Positions 35,890 to 48,861 of a DNA stretch of 64,000 nucleotides are shown piece by piece. This DNA comes from Octopus sinensis (lineage: Eukaryota), in assembly GCF_006345805.1 (NCBI RefSeq), contig NC_043000.1:101990001-102054000 (forward strand), read 5' to 3'. A program made the position numbers and the translations under genes. How positions within the stretch are numbered: position 1 is the stretch's first letter; every line of letters starts with the position of its first letter. The notes under the pieces were generated by a model. The model saw nothing but the letters and a program-made list of their open reading frames with translations, made no database searches and was not told the DNA's origin.

Positions 35890-38446
35890 GATATAGATAT
35901 AGATATATATATAGATTTAGTAGATATAGATATAAGATATATAGGTACATACATATAGACATATATATGTATGAATGTATGTGTGTATCATGTGTGTGGG
36001 TATAATGTCCTTTCACTTTCTATACTCTTCCTGTCATAGTATAGTTTAAACTAGGGGCATCTAATAATACAGTAGGTCTCAGAGTTCACATTATTTGTAT
36101 CCATATCATTAATATTAACATAATGACAAAAGAAATCGATGTCTTCTATAAAAGAAATCAATGTCGCATAATGTATTTGAGACTATTATATGATATATTT
36201 GATTCAATTGTTTGTATCGTATATATTTGAGCCTAAAATATGAATGTTGTCTGATTCAGTTTACCTTGTGATTTTCTATTAATACGCTCAAAACTATATT
36301 TATGGTAGGTGTTATGCAATTTCCAGTGAAGATGCGTCGCCTAGTTGTTAGAGAGTTTGGTATCTGATCGTAAAGTCGTGAATTCGATTCCGGAACAGGG
36401 GTCAGCGGGGGAAGCGAGTTGTATTTTTGAGCAAAACACTTCATTTCACATTGTCCCAGTTTACTTACTTGTGCCACGTCACCTTCTCCAGCCGTCACAT
36501 CCTGGATGTTCTGCTGAATCTAGAGTGAAAAGAACTCAAGTGTGTCTATGGCTGATCCTGACTATACAGGCACCTAAAACAACAACTGAAAGCATGTACA
36601 CACGTTACCAAGCCACATTCATTCATTCATGACGGATAGGGGTGTACTTGTACGTAATTTTCATTGTGGTCTCGTGGCTAGAAGATGGTAGGGGTTCACT
36701 CTCCTGCTTGCAATACATATCGGATTCAGATCGCATCGAATAACCAGCGGGAGGAGGCGTTCTCCTTGGGTTAAAAATAGCAGTAACGTCGGCTTCTACA
36801 AAACAGCCATGTTTAAGTGGCGATAAATGTTACTTCTCAGTATAGTTACTGCTTTCATCTCTTATCGAGATTTTCTTAACTAGTTAATTTGTTCATTGTA
36901 TTCTTCCAAACCGAGAGATGATAATTTTCTAGAAAATAATAAATAGGTTTGAGAAGGGGCGTTGTTCAAGTAGCACCAAAGCTGAATGAAAGCAAATATA
37001 GTCGAATTTTCTATCCTTCTGTTATTGGGTATGTTCTCTGACGGGGCCTTTATTACCTCAAAACTGTCATAAAGTTAACCTAGAAACGTGTTCTTAAGTG
37101 CAATGAATTCAAACCTCATCTAACTCGCTAACTTAATAGTTCACTCTCTCACAGTACACACACACACACCCACACACACACACATACACACACACACGCA
37201 CAAACACACAAACACACATTCTCGCTCTCTCTTTTCTCACCCATTCTCTCTATTCCTTACTCATATTTCCCCTCTCTCTCTCTCTCATATCTTAACTCTT
37301 ACATTTTGCCCCACACACAAGTTTCCTAACGTTTTTCTCACTTACTTTTTCACCTTCATTCTCTCTCTCTCTCTCTCTCTCTTTCACTCGCTCCTACTTA
37401 CTCCGTCACGCATTCTCCTGCTCCCCCCCTCAGACTTTCTCCCATTCACTCACCTCATTTTCTCCCACTCTCTCATCCACACTTTCTCTCACTCATTCAC
37501 CCACATTTTCACTCTGTATTTCATTCTCGCACTCACATTCCCTCTCTCACACCTATGTGAAAAGGCAAGTATAAATATAGTTCCAACTAGTTTAATTATA
37601 AAAAACGATTCTAACAAATGTAAGCAAAACTAAACAAGTTGGAGATTATGATAGTGTAAATACTTTTTATCAGCTGAGTATTTTACATCTACAGCAAGAA
37701 TACACATCTGAAAAGTTTTACTCTCCCCCATTCTGTCTTCCCTCCCCCACCTCTCTCTCTAGAACTGTTAGTTATTGTTGTTCTCCGTTTCATCACCAAA
37801 CTACCAGGGTGAATTATTGTCGTATTTGATGCTCATCCGGCTTGAAGAGAAAGTTCTATCACGCTCAGTCTTTTTTCTTTTTCTAATTTTAGAATTATTT
37901 CCAGGACAAGCTAATACTGAAGCAGCTACATTAGTCACTCGTCCTACTACATACGTACATACATGCATACATGCATGCATACATACGTACATCTTTTATT
38001 GAAATTCGAATCACGAGAAAAGCATTCAATTTCAATAAATCATATACTTTAAAACATGTGTTGAGCACAATTCTCCAATTCGTTTGACACGATCCGTTTC
38101 TCTTTGTGGCTATGCGCTCGCTAGCGTGTATATGTATGTACGTGTGTGTGTGTATCTGTGTGTCTGTGTATTAGCCAATATTTCTTGAAATCAAGTACCC
38201 TGTGGTTTTGAAAGTAAGTGACATTGAATAATGAAATTCTAGATACACTGTCTGAAAATAAAAGAAATGATGAGATGGCTTCCATCTTGAATGTCTTTGA
38301 TTATAGATACCCTGGAGCCTGGCACGGCTGTTCATCGAAACGACTTTCCAATGAAACGTAATTTCATCGAAAATACTTTTCACCGAAACAACACTTCGGT
38401 GAGACGCCATTTTATTGAAATGACTTTTCAATGAATGAGGTTATAA

Positions 38447-38703
38447 ATTTCTTTTATTCTTTTACTTGCTTCAGTCATTTGACTACGACCATGCCGGAGC
38501 ACTGCCTTAAAGGGATTTTAGTCGAACAAGTCGACCCTAGGATTTATTTTTTAACGCCTATTACTTATTCTATTGGTCTCTTTGGCCGAACCGCGAAGAG
38601 ATACGGGGACGTAAACACACCAGCTCCGGCTGTCAAGCAGTGAAGGGGGCAAACACAAAGACATAGATATATACATACATACATACATACATACATACAT
38701 ACA

Positions 38704-38737
<34 letters not shown>

Positions 38738-39250
38738 CATACATACATACATACATATATATATATATATAAATATATATATATATACGACGGGTTTCTT
38801 TCAGTTTCCGTCTACCAGATCCATTCACAATCATGCCTGCATCTATATCTCTTTACTCTTTTACTTGTTTCAGTTATTTGACTGCGGCCATGCTGGAGCA
38901 CCGCCTTTAATCGAGCAACTCGACCCGAGACTTATTCTTTTGTAAGCCCAGTAATTATTCTATCGGTCTCTTTTGCTGAACCGCTAAGTAACGGGGACAT
39001 AAACACACCAGCATCGGTTGTCAAGCAATGCTAGGGGGACAAACACAGACACACAAACACACACACGCACACATATATATATACATATATACGACGGGCT
39101 TCTTTCAGTTTCCGTCTGCCAAATCCACTCACAAGGCTTTGGTCGGTCCGAGGCTATCGTAGAAGACACTTGCCCAAGGTGCCACGCAGTGGAACTGAAC
39201 CTGGAACCATGTGGTTGGTAAACAAGCTACTTACCACATAGCCACTCCTG
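38447..39250 (-). mobile_element. Two SINE family 1 copies head-to-tail (38447-38825 head-truncated; 38850-39250 full length)
   Basis: Both match 8685-9053. The first carries an expanded internal (TACA)n tract. Confidence 0.88.
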
Positions 39251-40074
39251 CTGTTTTACAATTGTTTTACAAAATTTCATTTTGTAAAACAATTTTCAAT
39301 ATAGAATTTTTATCATAACATAAATAGAATTTACATTCATAATCAAATTTAATAATCAAATTAAAAAAAAAAGAACATGAACAAAAAACTACAAGAATTT
39401 CTACTTGTATCATTTTCATAAGTTATGTGCTATAGATTACTGATAATTAATTATTTCACCTTTCGCAGATTGAGACCTAGAACCAATGGTTTTTAACCAT
39501 TGCGACGTACACCACGGTTCATTGTTAACAATAACCCTTAGATAATGGCTTCAAATTTGGCACAATGCCAATAATTTAGAGGGAGGGGTATGTCGATATA
39601 ATAAGTACAAGTGTTCAGTTGGTATTTATTTCATCGACCGCGAAAGGATGATCTTGGTTGAATTTAAATCCTGAAAATAAAGAGCCGGGAGAAATGCCAC
39701 TTACTATTTTTTCCGAATCGCTAAAGACTCAGTCAGTTCACTGCTTTATCAAAGTTAAATAATGATCACAAATCACATAGCTGTCGACAAGGGAGTTTAT
39801 TTTTAAAATATTTACAAAATTATTCTACAGAACGTCGTTTCGATGAAAAGTTATTTTGATAAAAACGGCATGGTACCAGGAAATATAATCTTACATATAA
39901 ATACGTGGCAGTTATATATTACATTTCTTATTTTGAAATATATATATATATTGCGATTTTTTTAAATAATAAAATTGTAAATTGAAAATTCATTATCCCT
40001 AATAACGATGGGGGAGACGGATGTTAGCTCATTTCTGTAGATGTCAATCTTTTCTACTCTAGGGAAATTTGGGG

Positions 40075-40250
40075 GTAATGGGGGCGGGATAGTCGATTAG
40101 ATCGAACCCAGTTCGCAACTGGTACTTAATTTATCAACCACGAAAGGATGAACGGCAGAGTCGACCTCGGCGGAATTTGAGCTCAGAACGTATAGACAGA
40201 CGAAATACCGCTAAGAATTTCACCCTAATGTTTCTCTCAGCTCGCAGCCT
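40075..40250 (-). mobile_element. SINE family 2 copy (another diverged copy at ~39550-39730)
   Basis: GTCGATTAGATCGAACCCAGT..ACTGGTACTTAATTTATC..GAAAGGATGAA.GGCAGAGTCGACCTCGGCGGAATTTGA.CTCAGAACGT. Confidence 0.85.
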
Positions 40251-42173
40251 TCCGTAGAAGCCAATCGCTAGCTCAATCAAACTGAGTCGATAGGCATTTC
40301 TAGGTTCGAAAAGAAACCTACTAACGGAGAGCTGCTGGCATCTTATCTACTTGCGATTTTCCTCCTGTCAGATGACAAAACCTAAGTCTGCTAATGGTGT
40401 TCCAGGTTGCCACTGGATAAAATATTGCGTTGTCAGATAAATTTGCTCGTTGTTTTCTACTTTGCACACCATCATCACATGTCTGAAAGGAGCTAAAAGT
40501 CTATTTAAATATCAAATATGATGAACAAAAGTCGTAGAGGAAGAATAGAGCTAGTAAAATACCAATAAACTCTACGATAAAAATGTTTTTTGTGTTAATT
40601 CAAATAACCTTGGAAAGCATTAAAATAAGTGGAGAAAACACAGAGTGAATTTATCTGTCAAGTAATTTTTACTGTAGATCACACCCAAGGCAGTAGACAT
40701 ATTTCTAGTAATATATGATAAAATGTAATTTAAAAAAAAAATGAAAATGTGAATACAAAATTAATTTTCACAAAGCGCCGAAGTGGTTGTATCCAATGTG
40801 ATTGTTGTTAAAGACTAGAAAATAGTTTTTTTTTCTTTTGAAGGTGCTGATTTTCCAGTGACCAAAGTTCTTTACAGATTAGACGAAACCAAAGAGAGAG
40901 TCTTTCCGTAGCCTCTCGGTCTGTCAAAAATAGCAAACATATCCCCACTTATGTGTGTGCGCGTGTGTGACTCGGTGTGTACGTGTTTGTACGAATGAGA
41001 TGTATGAGTAATTTAAAGAAAGATTAGATGTGAAATAACACGAAATGATCATTGGAATATATTTCGATATCGAAAGGAAATAAAGGACTATTAAAAACAA
41101 TACAATATAAATTCTTGATGAACTGGAATCATATCCACTTCTATGAAACTAACACCTGATGACTGTTGGGATCAACTCGAAAGAAAAGAAAAGATATCTC
41201 AAGAATCCAGAATTCTGTAAAACTGACATCTCTGAGAGAAAGAGAGAGAGATGGGAGAGAGAGAGAACATGTTTTAATTAGTGGCAGTTACAATGTTAAT
41301 TATGTACTTTATTCATTAATTAAAGAATACATTTATAATAATTTGGTTCACAAACAATCGAAAGAGTACGTGAGACATGTTATAGAGCACAAGTATTTGT
41401 TTTACATGGTGAGTACAATACATTCACATGATGCATGTGAAATTCTCAGTAGCTGCGCAGTTACTAGATATGTATGGTACATGCATACACATACACGTGC
41501 GGAGAGGGGTTCCTCAGTTTCCATCAATCAAATTTCATTCACATATCTCTGACCGACTCGAGTTTATAATAAAGTACACTTGCCCAAAGTTCAGACGCTG
41601 AGATCGAACGTTTAACCATGTGATTGCTAACTACATCTCATAACCATAACGCGTAATTTTATTTAACATTCTTTAGAGTTTACTATATCTATTGCATTAC
41701 ATTTTAAAGTATATTAGTTATAAAGTCGAGAAACATTTAAACTTTGATGACTTCATATTCTAAATAAGCGTTTCTAAAAACACTTTGCATGCATTATATT
41801 TACAGATATATATATATATATATATATATGCAACAAGCTAAACACAGAATAATTTTGTAGAGTATGAAATCTAAAATATGAATAGCTAAAAAAACTAGAA
41901 AAAGATAAACATTAATATATAATGTCTGAAATTATGTTACAAAGAGTCTCATTAAGCATTCTAATGGATGAAAGCAAAGTAAGATTCTGCTTTTGTAACA
42001 TGCACTTAGTAGTTATGCAGTCTTAAGTGCTAGTATTATTGGTAAATACCGGTTACTATTTCAGTTGAAAATTCACAAGTGTAAACTTAAGATACATTAA
42101 AGTATGCAAAAAGTTAAGATCGAGAACGAAACGCATCCAGTCTTTACTATGCGTGCGAGCGTACATATATATA

Positions 42174-42256
<83 letters not shown>

Positions 42257-43073
42257 TGTGCGTGTGAGTGTGTGTGTGTAGTATATTTATTAATTTTTAC
42301 ATGGTTCACTTCCAAGGTTCAGTTCACTAGCAATCATGAGACTTAGTTTAGTTTGATTTCCAGGCCCCATATAGAGTGTTTTTTGATCGGGGGTATTTTG
42401 GCGGGTGGAACAATGTGAATGAAAATTAGATGTGGTATAACTGAGTATGCTGACAAAAAAAAATAGAACTAATTGTGCAAGGGGTGGGTAGAGAAGTACA
42501 GGAGAAAAGTATGTTTGTGGTGTGTCAGTGAAGTGGAAAATAATGGTGGCGACATTTCTCCTGGTTTGATAAAGGCAGTTTGTTATTCTTTGGGTTCACT
42601 GGGGCATGTATGTATGGAAAGGCTTCAGATGTAAACCTTTATAGGGGTTCATGTGGAAGATGTTTCGTTTAGGTCATGTTTTGTGATGCTTGAAGTTTGT
42701 TTTAGGATTAATCTTCGTATATAGGACGGTGTGCTATTTTATATTTCATACGAGAATGGTTATAAATAATACCAGTCTGTTCGGTTTTTTAATAGAGTAT
42801 AAGTCAGAAAGAGTTCAAAATTAGTGTTGGCATCAGAAACTTGCTTTTACGAAATTTTTAATAGTTTTATTCGAAAAGAGGTGGAATTAAAATACATCTT
42901 GTTGCTATAGCTTATTTATGGGAATGCCTTAATATATTTCTTACAGGTCTATATACGACGTGGTATCAAAAGGTTCTGGGACTAGTTTTGTAGCGAGCCA
43001 ACATACCTATATGCTTCTAAACACACATACACACTCACATCCATACACACAGGCGCGCACACACACAAACACA

Positions 43074-43145
<72 letters not shown>

Positions 43146-43151
43146 ATATAT

Positions 43152-43825
43152 ATAAACAACTTATAAACAAGGGCAAAAGAAAAAATTCCAATGCCAAATA
43201 TGCCGAAAATAGACTTAATCGTCAATAACCATATAATTCATCATTATAAGCACACGTCTCGAAGCAAGCCGACAGAATTTTTTTTTTTATTCTGTTATTT
43301 TCGAATCAGCACCGATTTTTGAGTTAATTCATAAGAATTTTCTCGTCGTCAGCGATAAATACGATAAGAAATATATGAAATACTTACATGCACCCATGGA
43401 AGAAGAAAACACTAAATCATGTCTACATTTAAGTACCCCAAATATATCCAAAATAGAAATTCTACTGCAAATGTCGAGAAACGTGTGATCAGACTGAAAA
43501 TTATCATAGAGTGAGAGAGTCTGGAAGTGAATAGTATTAAATTTACATCTAATATAGGATATAATTTTCGAAATAATTTTATCAATAACCAGCATATTAA
43601 AAAATACCTTTAAAGGTTAAATTTATAAACAACTTATAAACAAGAGCAAAAGAAAAATATTCTAAAGCCAAATATGCCGAAAATAGGCTTAATCGCCAAT
43701 AACCATATAATTCATCACTATAAGTACGCGTCTCGTTTATAAGTTGTTTATAAATTTAACTTTTAAAGGTATTTTTTAATATGCTAGCCATTGATAAATT
43801 TTTTTCGAAAATTTTATCCCATAAT
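43152..43825. mobile_element. Rearranged foldback element: direct repeat 43152-43260 / 43625-43734 and inverted repeat 43558-43641 / 43735-43818
   Basis: Repeats are directly readable. Homologous to 31498-31868. Confidence 0.75.
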
Positions 43826-43828
43826 AGA

Positions 43829-43870
<42 letters not shown>

Positions 43871-43974
43871 GAGAGGATCAGAAGGTGAGACAGACGGACG
43901 GATGGATGGATGGATTTGCAACTACATACGTAAATACGCATCTAGGTATCTCGACGAATGATACTTAATATGAA

Positions 43975-44440
43975 GAAGAGAAGGGCAGAAGTATGCTTTG
44001 ATCTGTTGAAAGCGTAGAATCTAACGAAGACCTATTTCTTCCGATTTTATGACAGGAAATTAGATGTAGGCCTATGTTTATGATTCGGAAAAGGAAGGTC
44101 AGATAACAGAATAGCATTTCACTACTTCTTCAAGGTCTAAGGAATTCAAGAGATAATGATTTGCATTGAAAGTCACGGTTAGTATTTTGTGGCGTCTTTT
44201 TTCTTGATTTTCTGGAACGTGGCTGTAATGGGAATAGTGAACGATGCATAGAAACGCTATAAAAGCTTAGCGAAATCATTGGAAGGAAGAGACTGAATGG
44301 GGAACTAAAAACGATCCACATTCGCCATGACCGTGCGTGATCACACATCTTTGCCAAAAATCCGGTAACCGGCAAAATGGGCTGGACTTAGTGCATTACG
44401 GCTTCCACCTATTCGGTTCAGTAAAGTCCTGTTTTCCGTG
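43975..44440 (+). pseudogene. Decayed mariner-family transposase fragment
   Basis: VYDSEKEGQITE*HFTTSSRSKEFK (YDPE..WH..SP.PKKFK), KVTVSILW, FLDFLERGCNGNSERCIETL*KL and HDRA*SHI..MGW..STYS (HDNARPH..GW..PYS). Confidence 0.7.
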
Positions 44441-44489
44441 ACGAAAATTTGATAACGCAGACGAGAAGGAAATGGTTATGGAAAAGCAT

Positions 44490-44610
44490 GTCCGGAAAGT
44501 TCACCGTCACCAATTCACCGCAGGGAAAGTTCACCGTAAAGAATGTTCACTGCGAGGAAAGTTCACTGCAAGGAAAGTTTACGGAGAAATAAGTTCATAG
44601 TAAAAGAATA
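44490..44610. repeat. Short degenerate tandem repeat of a ~15-17-bp GGAAAGTTCACCG unit
   Basis: About six to seven imperfect copies of (G)AAAGTTCAC(C/T)G. Confidence 0.7.
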
Positions 44611-45309
44611 AAAGAAACCTTATTTTCGAACTCTAAGAAAAGTTCATACATAGATACATAGACACAGCAAATATTGGATGTCAATATCACTTTTCATTAC
44701 CACACTAGGATAAAATTAACTCACAAATGGCTGAGTACTCCACAGACATGCATAACATTAACGTAGTTCCCGAGGAAATTCAGCCTCACACAGAATATGT
44801 CAAGGTTGGCCCCTTTGAATTTCATCGTGACATATATATTTGAAAGTATTTGTGTGTGTGTATAATTTAGGTTAGTTAAAGCATATTTGCAATAATAAGT
44901 GTCGCGTGGTGGAAATAAACGCAATTACCAAACTTTCATTCATAAATCCATTTATTATTTCGTTCTCGATGTTGGTGCGTTTGCGTCCCTGTAATTTAGC
45001 TGTTCAGCAGAAGAGTCTGATAGAATAACCACCAGGCTTACAGGGAATAAGTCCAAGGGTCAATTTCTTAGACTAAATGGTGGTGCTCCAGTATGGCCAC
45101 CATCAAATGACTGAAACAAATAAAAGAATAAAAGAATACCAAGAAAGCGTTCTGTACTACTAAACCAAGAAGGTTCTTTCAATATGTACGATGTATTTTA
45201 AGGTTAAATAGTAATTCCGTTTATGTTTGTGTGACAGAGATATTTTAGTTGGATTATATAGTCATTGGTGTAATATTACTTTCTATATTCTGTAACTGTC
45301 ACAATATAC

Positions 45310-45450
45310 TTTTCTAGGCCTGAAATTTTTGGTGGGAGGTGGCCAGTTGATTAGATCGACCCCAGTACACAACTGGTACTTAATTTATCGACCCCGAAAG
45401 GACGAAAAGCAAAGTCGACCTCGGCAGAATTTCAACTCAGAACGTAAAGA
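45310..45450 (-). mobile_element. SINE family 2 (a SINE family 1 3' half lies at ~44965-45135, plus strand)
   Basis: Same core as 19060-19610. Confidence 0.8.
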
Positions 45451-46030
45451 CGTAGCACCAGTACACTGTTTATAGATGCTTACATTTTTCATGTTTTCCG
45501 TGAAATTTTCACAGGTCCAGCTAGCAGGTATTACTATATATATATAAATATAAATAAACATATTTTCAATCCGTGCTAATGGAGCAAATAACTGTAGTTC
45601 TTAGAGCAATTTAGCGTCTATTTCTAGTATGTTGCGCTATTCATTAGTGCCTTTATTCTAATTGCATATACGTACATATATATATACGTATGAAACTCCG
45701 AACTTTGATAGATCGAAGTTTCATAAGTTACATACACAGTCATCGGTGGAAAGGAGGGGGAAAGTATTCTAATCATGTCTGTTTAATTTATGTGTTATAT
45801 ATTTGTTTGGTAAAAGAGACGAAACGCAACAGAACAAAGGGAACGACCAAATGAATATGCAATATTTTTATGCTCTCAGATCGCGGGGAACAAGTTTAAA
45901 TGAATTAACATTATAAAGTGCTCTACTTCGTTAATTACGATAGGGTTAAATATTGAATTAAATCTTGCTAAATATACAATACTGTATTTCATTGTTAAAT
46001 GAATATTAATGTCCCTATAGGGGTCAATAT

Positions 46031-46068
<38 letters not shown>

Positions 46069-46301
46069 AAAATAAATGTAGATAAAATATAAATATACTA
46101 GAAACAACATAGCCTGTATGTACATAGATTAAAATAAATATTCGTAAGAAACTCCAAATTTAGAGATTTCAAACTCTCATGAGTTACATACACAATCCTC
46201 AATGGCAAACTCCAGTATATTTAGATGTTTAATTTATTTAACCTTTCTCAAGACAGCAAACACAATCATGCCATTAACACACACACACATAAAAACACAT
46301 A

Positions 46302-46343
<42 letters not shown>

Positions 46344-47639
46344 GATTCGACAATAGTTTTTAAATATGAGTATGTGACATTTATGCGTTTCTCATATTTC
46401 AAATGAGCTGAGTGAATGTGATCAATAGAAATAACTGGAGTTTGTGAAATAAAATCGGTCTCTTTGAGCAATGCATCTCGGTGTGTCTCCCACCATGTGT
46501 GGTCACACATCGTATAGGAAATAGCAGCCAAATCATCAGAAAGAGATGACATCGGATAAGGTAAATACGGTAGGGGTCCACATCAATATAGTTAGTTGTA
46601 ACGGTTAAATTAGTTGAAATTATTCAAGCAATTAATAGACAACATATATACTTACTCTTAGAGTGCTTAATTCCTAAATTAAGCAGATAAAAATGCAAGC
46701 AGGATCGTTCTAAATTATAAGCCAAATGAAAGATTTTTGAAAATGGATATCGATCTTGTTTTAGAGATATGTTTCTGTTTTATTAGACCTCCTCAACAAA
46801 ACATACCCTTTACAAGATTATATGGGCTGATGCTATATATTGAAAGAAATAAAAAGTATGGTGGTGATGCTGATTATGAATATCATCAATATGACTGAAT
46901 GGAAAATACTTTAGAATGGTGTTCTATATAAATACATATACGATAGAGTTGCACATATATAATATAGAGAATTTAGAAGATGTAAAAAAGCTGTTATTTC
47001 TACAGTCAATTATACGACAGATCACATTTTAAATTATAACATTCAAATTCAAAGAAACAGACAAAAAATTTAAAAAGGAAAAGAAAGTAATAAAGGGAGT
47101 AAAGAAAAGGTGGAGTGGGAGGGGATGATGGGTGGTACACCTCAGAACAAATGGTGTGCTAAGCGGCGCCCCGCAATAATGACAGCGATGACGGTGCCAC
47201 GAAGTATGGACAGTGACAAGTGCTGCAACAACCACTCTACCTCGAGGGACTCATTTCTCAGATAATCCGCCGTTATCCCGATTTTGCAGAAGAAATCGGT
47301 AGTACGGAATCCGAGAGTAATTTTGAAAATATTCGATTGACTGAGATTATCTATGCAAGCATAGATGCTAAATCTACTAATTTCATGTATAATCTCAGTT
47401 AATCGAGTCTCTTCACTTCACTGTATTGCATACACAAGTCCCTAACGCACTTGTATTTAGTGTGCAAAGCCTTCAGCTAGGGTATTTTTCTTCGGCTGTT
47501 TGGGGTTAATCTAGTCCAGATAAGAGGGGTTATAACTGTTTATAGCAAGAATACCTTTTATTAGAAGTCTAGAATATTCTTGTTAGAATTCCTGTAATTA
47601 GACCTGACCTAGGGTTATATAACATCTTCACTAATTACT

Positions 47640-47863
47640 TTAACTTTTACTTGTTTCAGTCATTAGACTGTGGCCATGCTGGGGCACCGCCTTGAAGAGC
47701 TTTAGTCGATCGAATCGACCCCGGTGCATTTTTGCACTTAAAGCCTGGTACTTATTTTATCGGTCTCTTTTGTCGAACCAATAAGTTATGGGGTGGTAAA
47801 CACACCAATACCGGTTGTCAGTCGGTGATGAGGGACAAATATAGACACTATGGCGCATGTGCG

Positions 47864-47919
<56 letters not shown>

Positions 47920-48052
47920 CGCAGTCGTGGGTGTGTGTTAAGAAACATGCTTCCCAACCACATGGTTCCGGGTTCAGTCCTACTTCGTGGCACCCTAGGC
48001 AAGTACCTTCTACTATAGCCCACCAAAGCCTTGTGAGTGGATTTGGTAGATG

Positions 48053-48119
<67 letters not shown>

Positions 48120-48558
48120 GTGTATGTATATATATGAATATATATGTATTATATGTATATATATATATGTATATATATTTATATATATGTATATATATGT
48201 ATATATATATATGATTGTGTGTCTGTGTGTGTGTATCTATGTGCGTGTTTTTTGTCTGTATTTGTCCTTCCATCACTGCATGACAACCGGTGGTGGTGTA
48301 TGTATGTTCACGTAATCTAGCAGTTCAGCAAAAGAGAACGATAGGATAAGTACTAGGCTTTAAAAAAATCAATCTTGGTGTCAATGTGTTCTACTAAAAC
48401 CCTTCAAGGCAGTGCTCCAGCATAGCCGCTGTCAAATGACTGAAAAAAGTAAAAGAATAAAAGAATATATATGAATATAACACGACGGGCTTCTTTTCAG
48501 TTTCCGCTTACCAATTCTACTCTCAAGCTTTGGTCGACTCGAGGTATAGTAGAAGACA
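47640..48558. mobile_element. Nested SINEs: plus-strand full copy (47917-48465) inside the internal (TA)n of a minus-strand copy (47640-47850 + 48481-48558)
   Basis: The outer copy's 3' half and head half are colinear on either side of the oppositely oriented inner copy. Confidence 0.8.
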
Positions 48559-48861
48559 ATACAGTTACGTAAAGCAGTAACTTCGTGCGTAGTATCGAAA
48601 CTTTGCGCGTCGTCTTAAAAATGAATTTTGTATCATAACATCCGATCGATCTAAGCGTTGTGAGTAAACCTGGGTAGACATAAACTGTGTGACAGTTCTT
48701 CTATTGAGCAGGATATGTAACCTAAAGTCTCAGGCTGATTCTGCTAAAGAACTTCGTTAAGAAATATAAGTGTATATGAAGAACTTCTCGGCTATTTCGG
48801 CACTTTCCAGACAACGTTTAAGAGATAAATAGATAAGTACCCTGCAGTTGCAGGGTACTTT

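Noticed and set aside
37893-37960. Strong plus-strand acceptor followed by ELFPGQANTEAATLVTRPTT
   Set aside because: Runs into a (TACA)n microsatellite with no credible donor site.
44490-44610. Regularly spaced short repeats resembling a CRISPR array
   Set aside because: Units are ~13 bp, degenerate, with 2-6-nt gaps rather than unique 30-40-nt spacers. Eukaryotic context, no cas genes.
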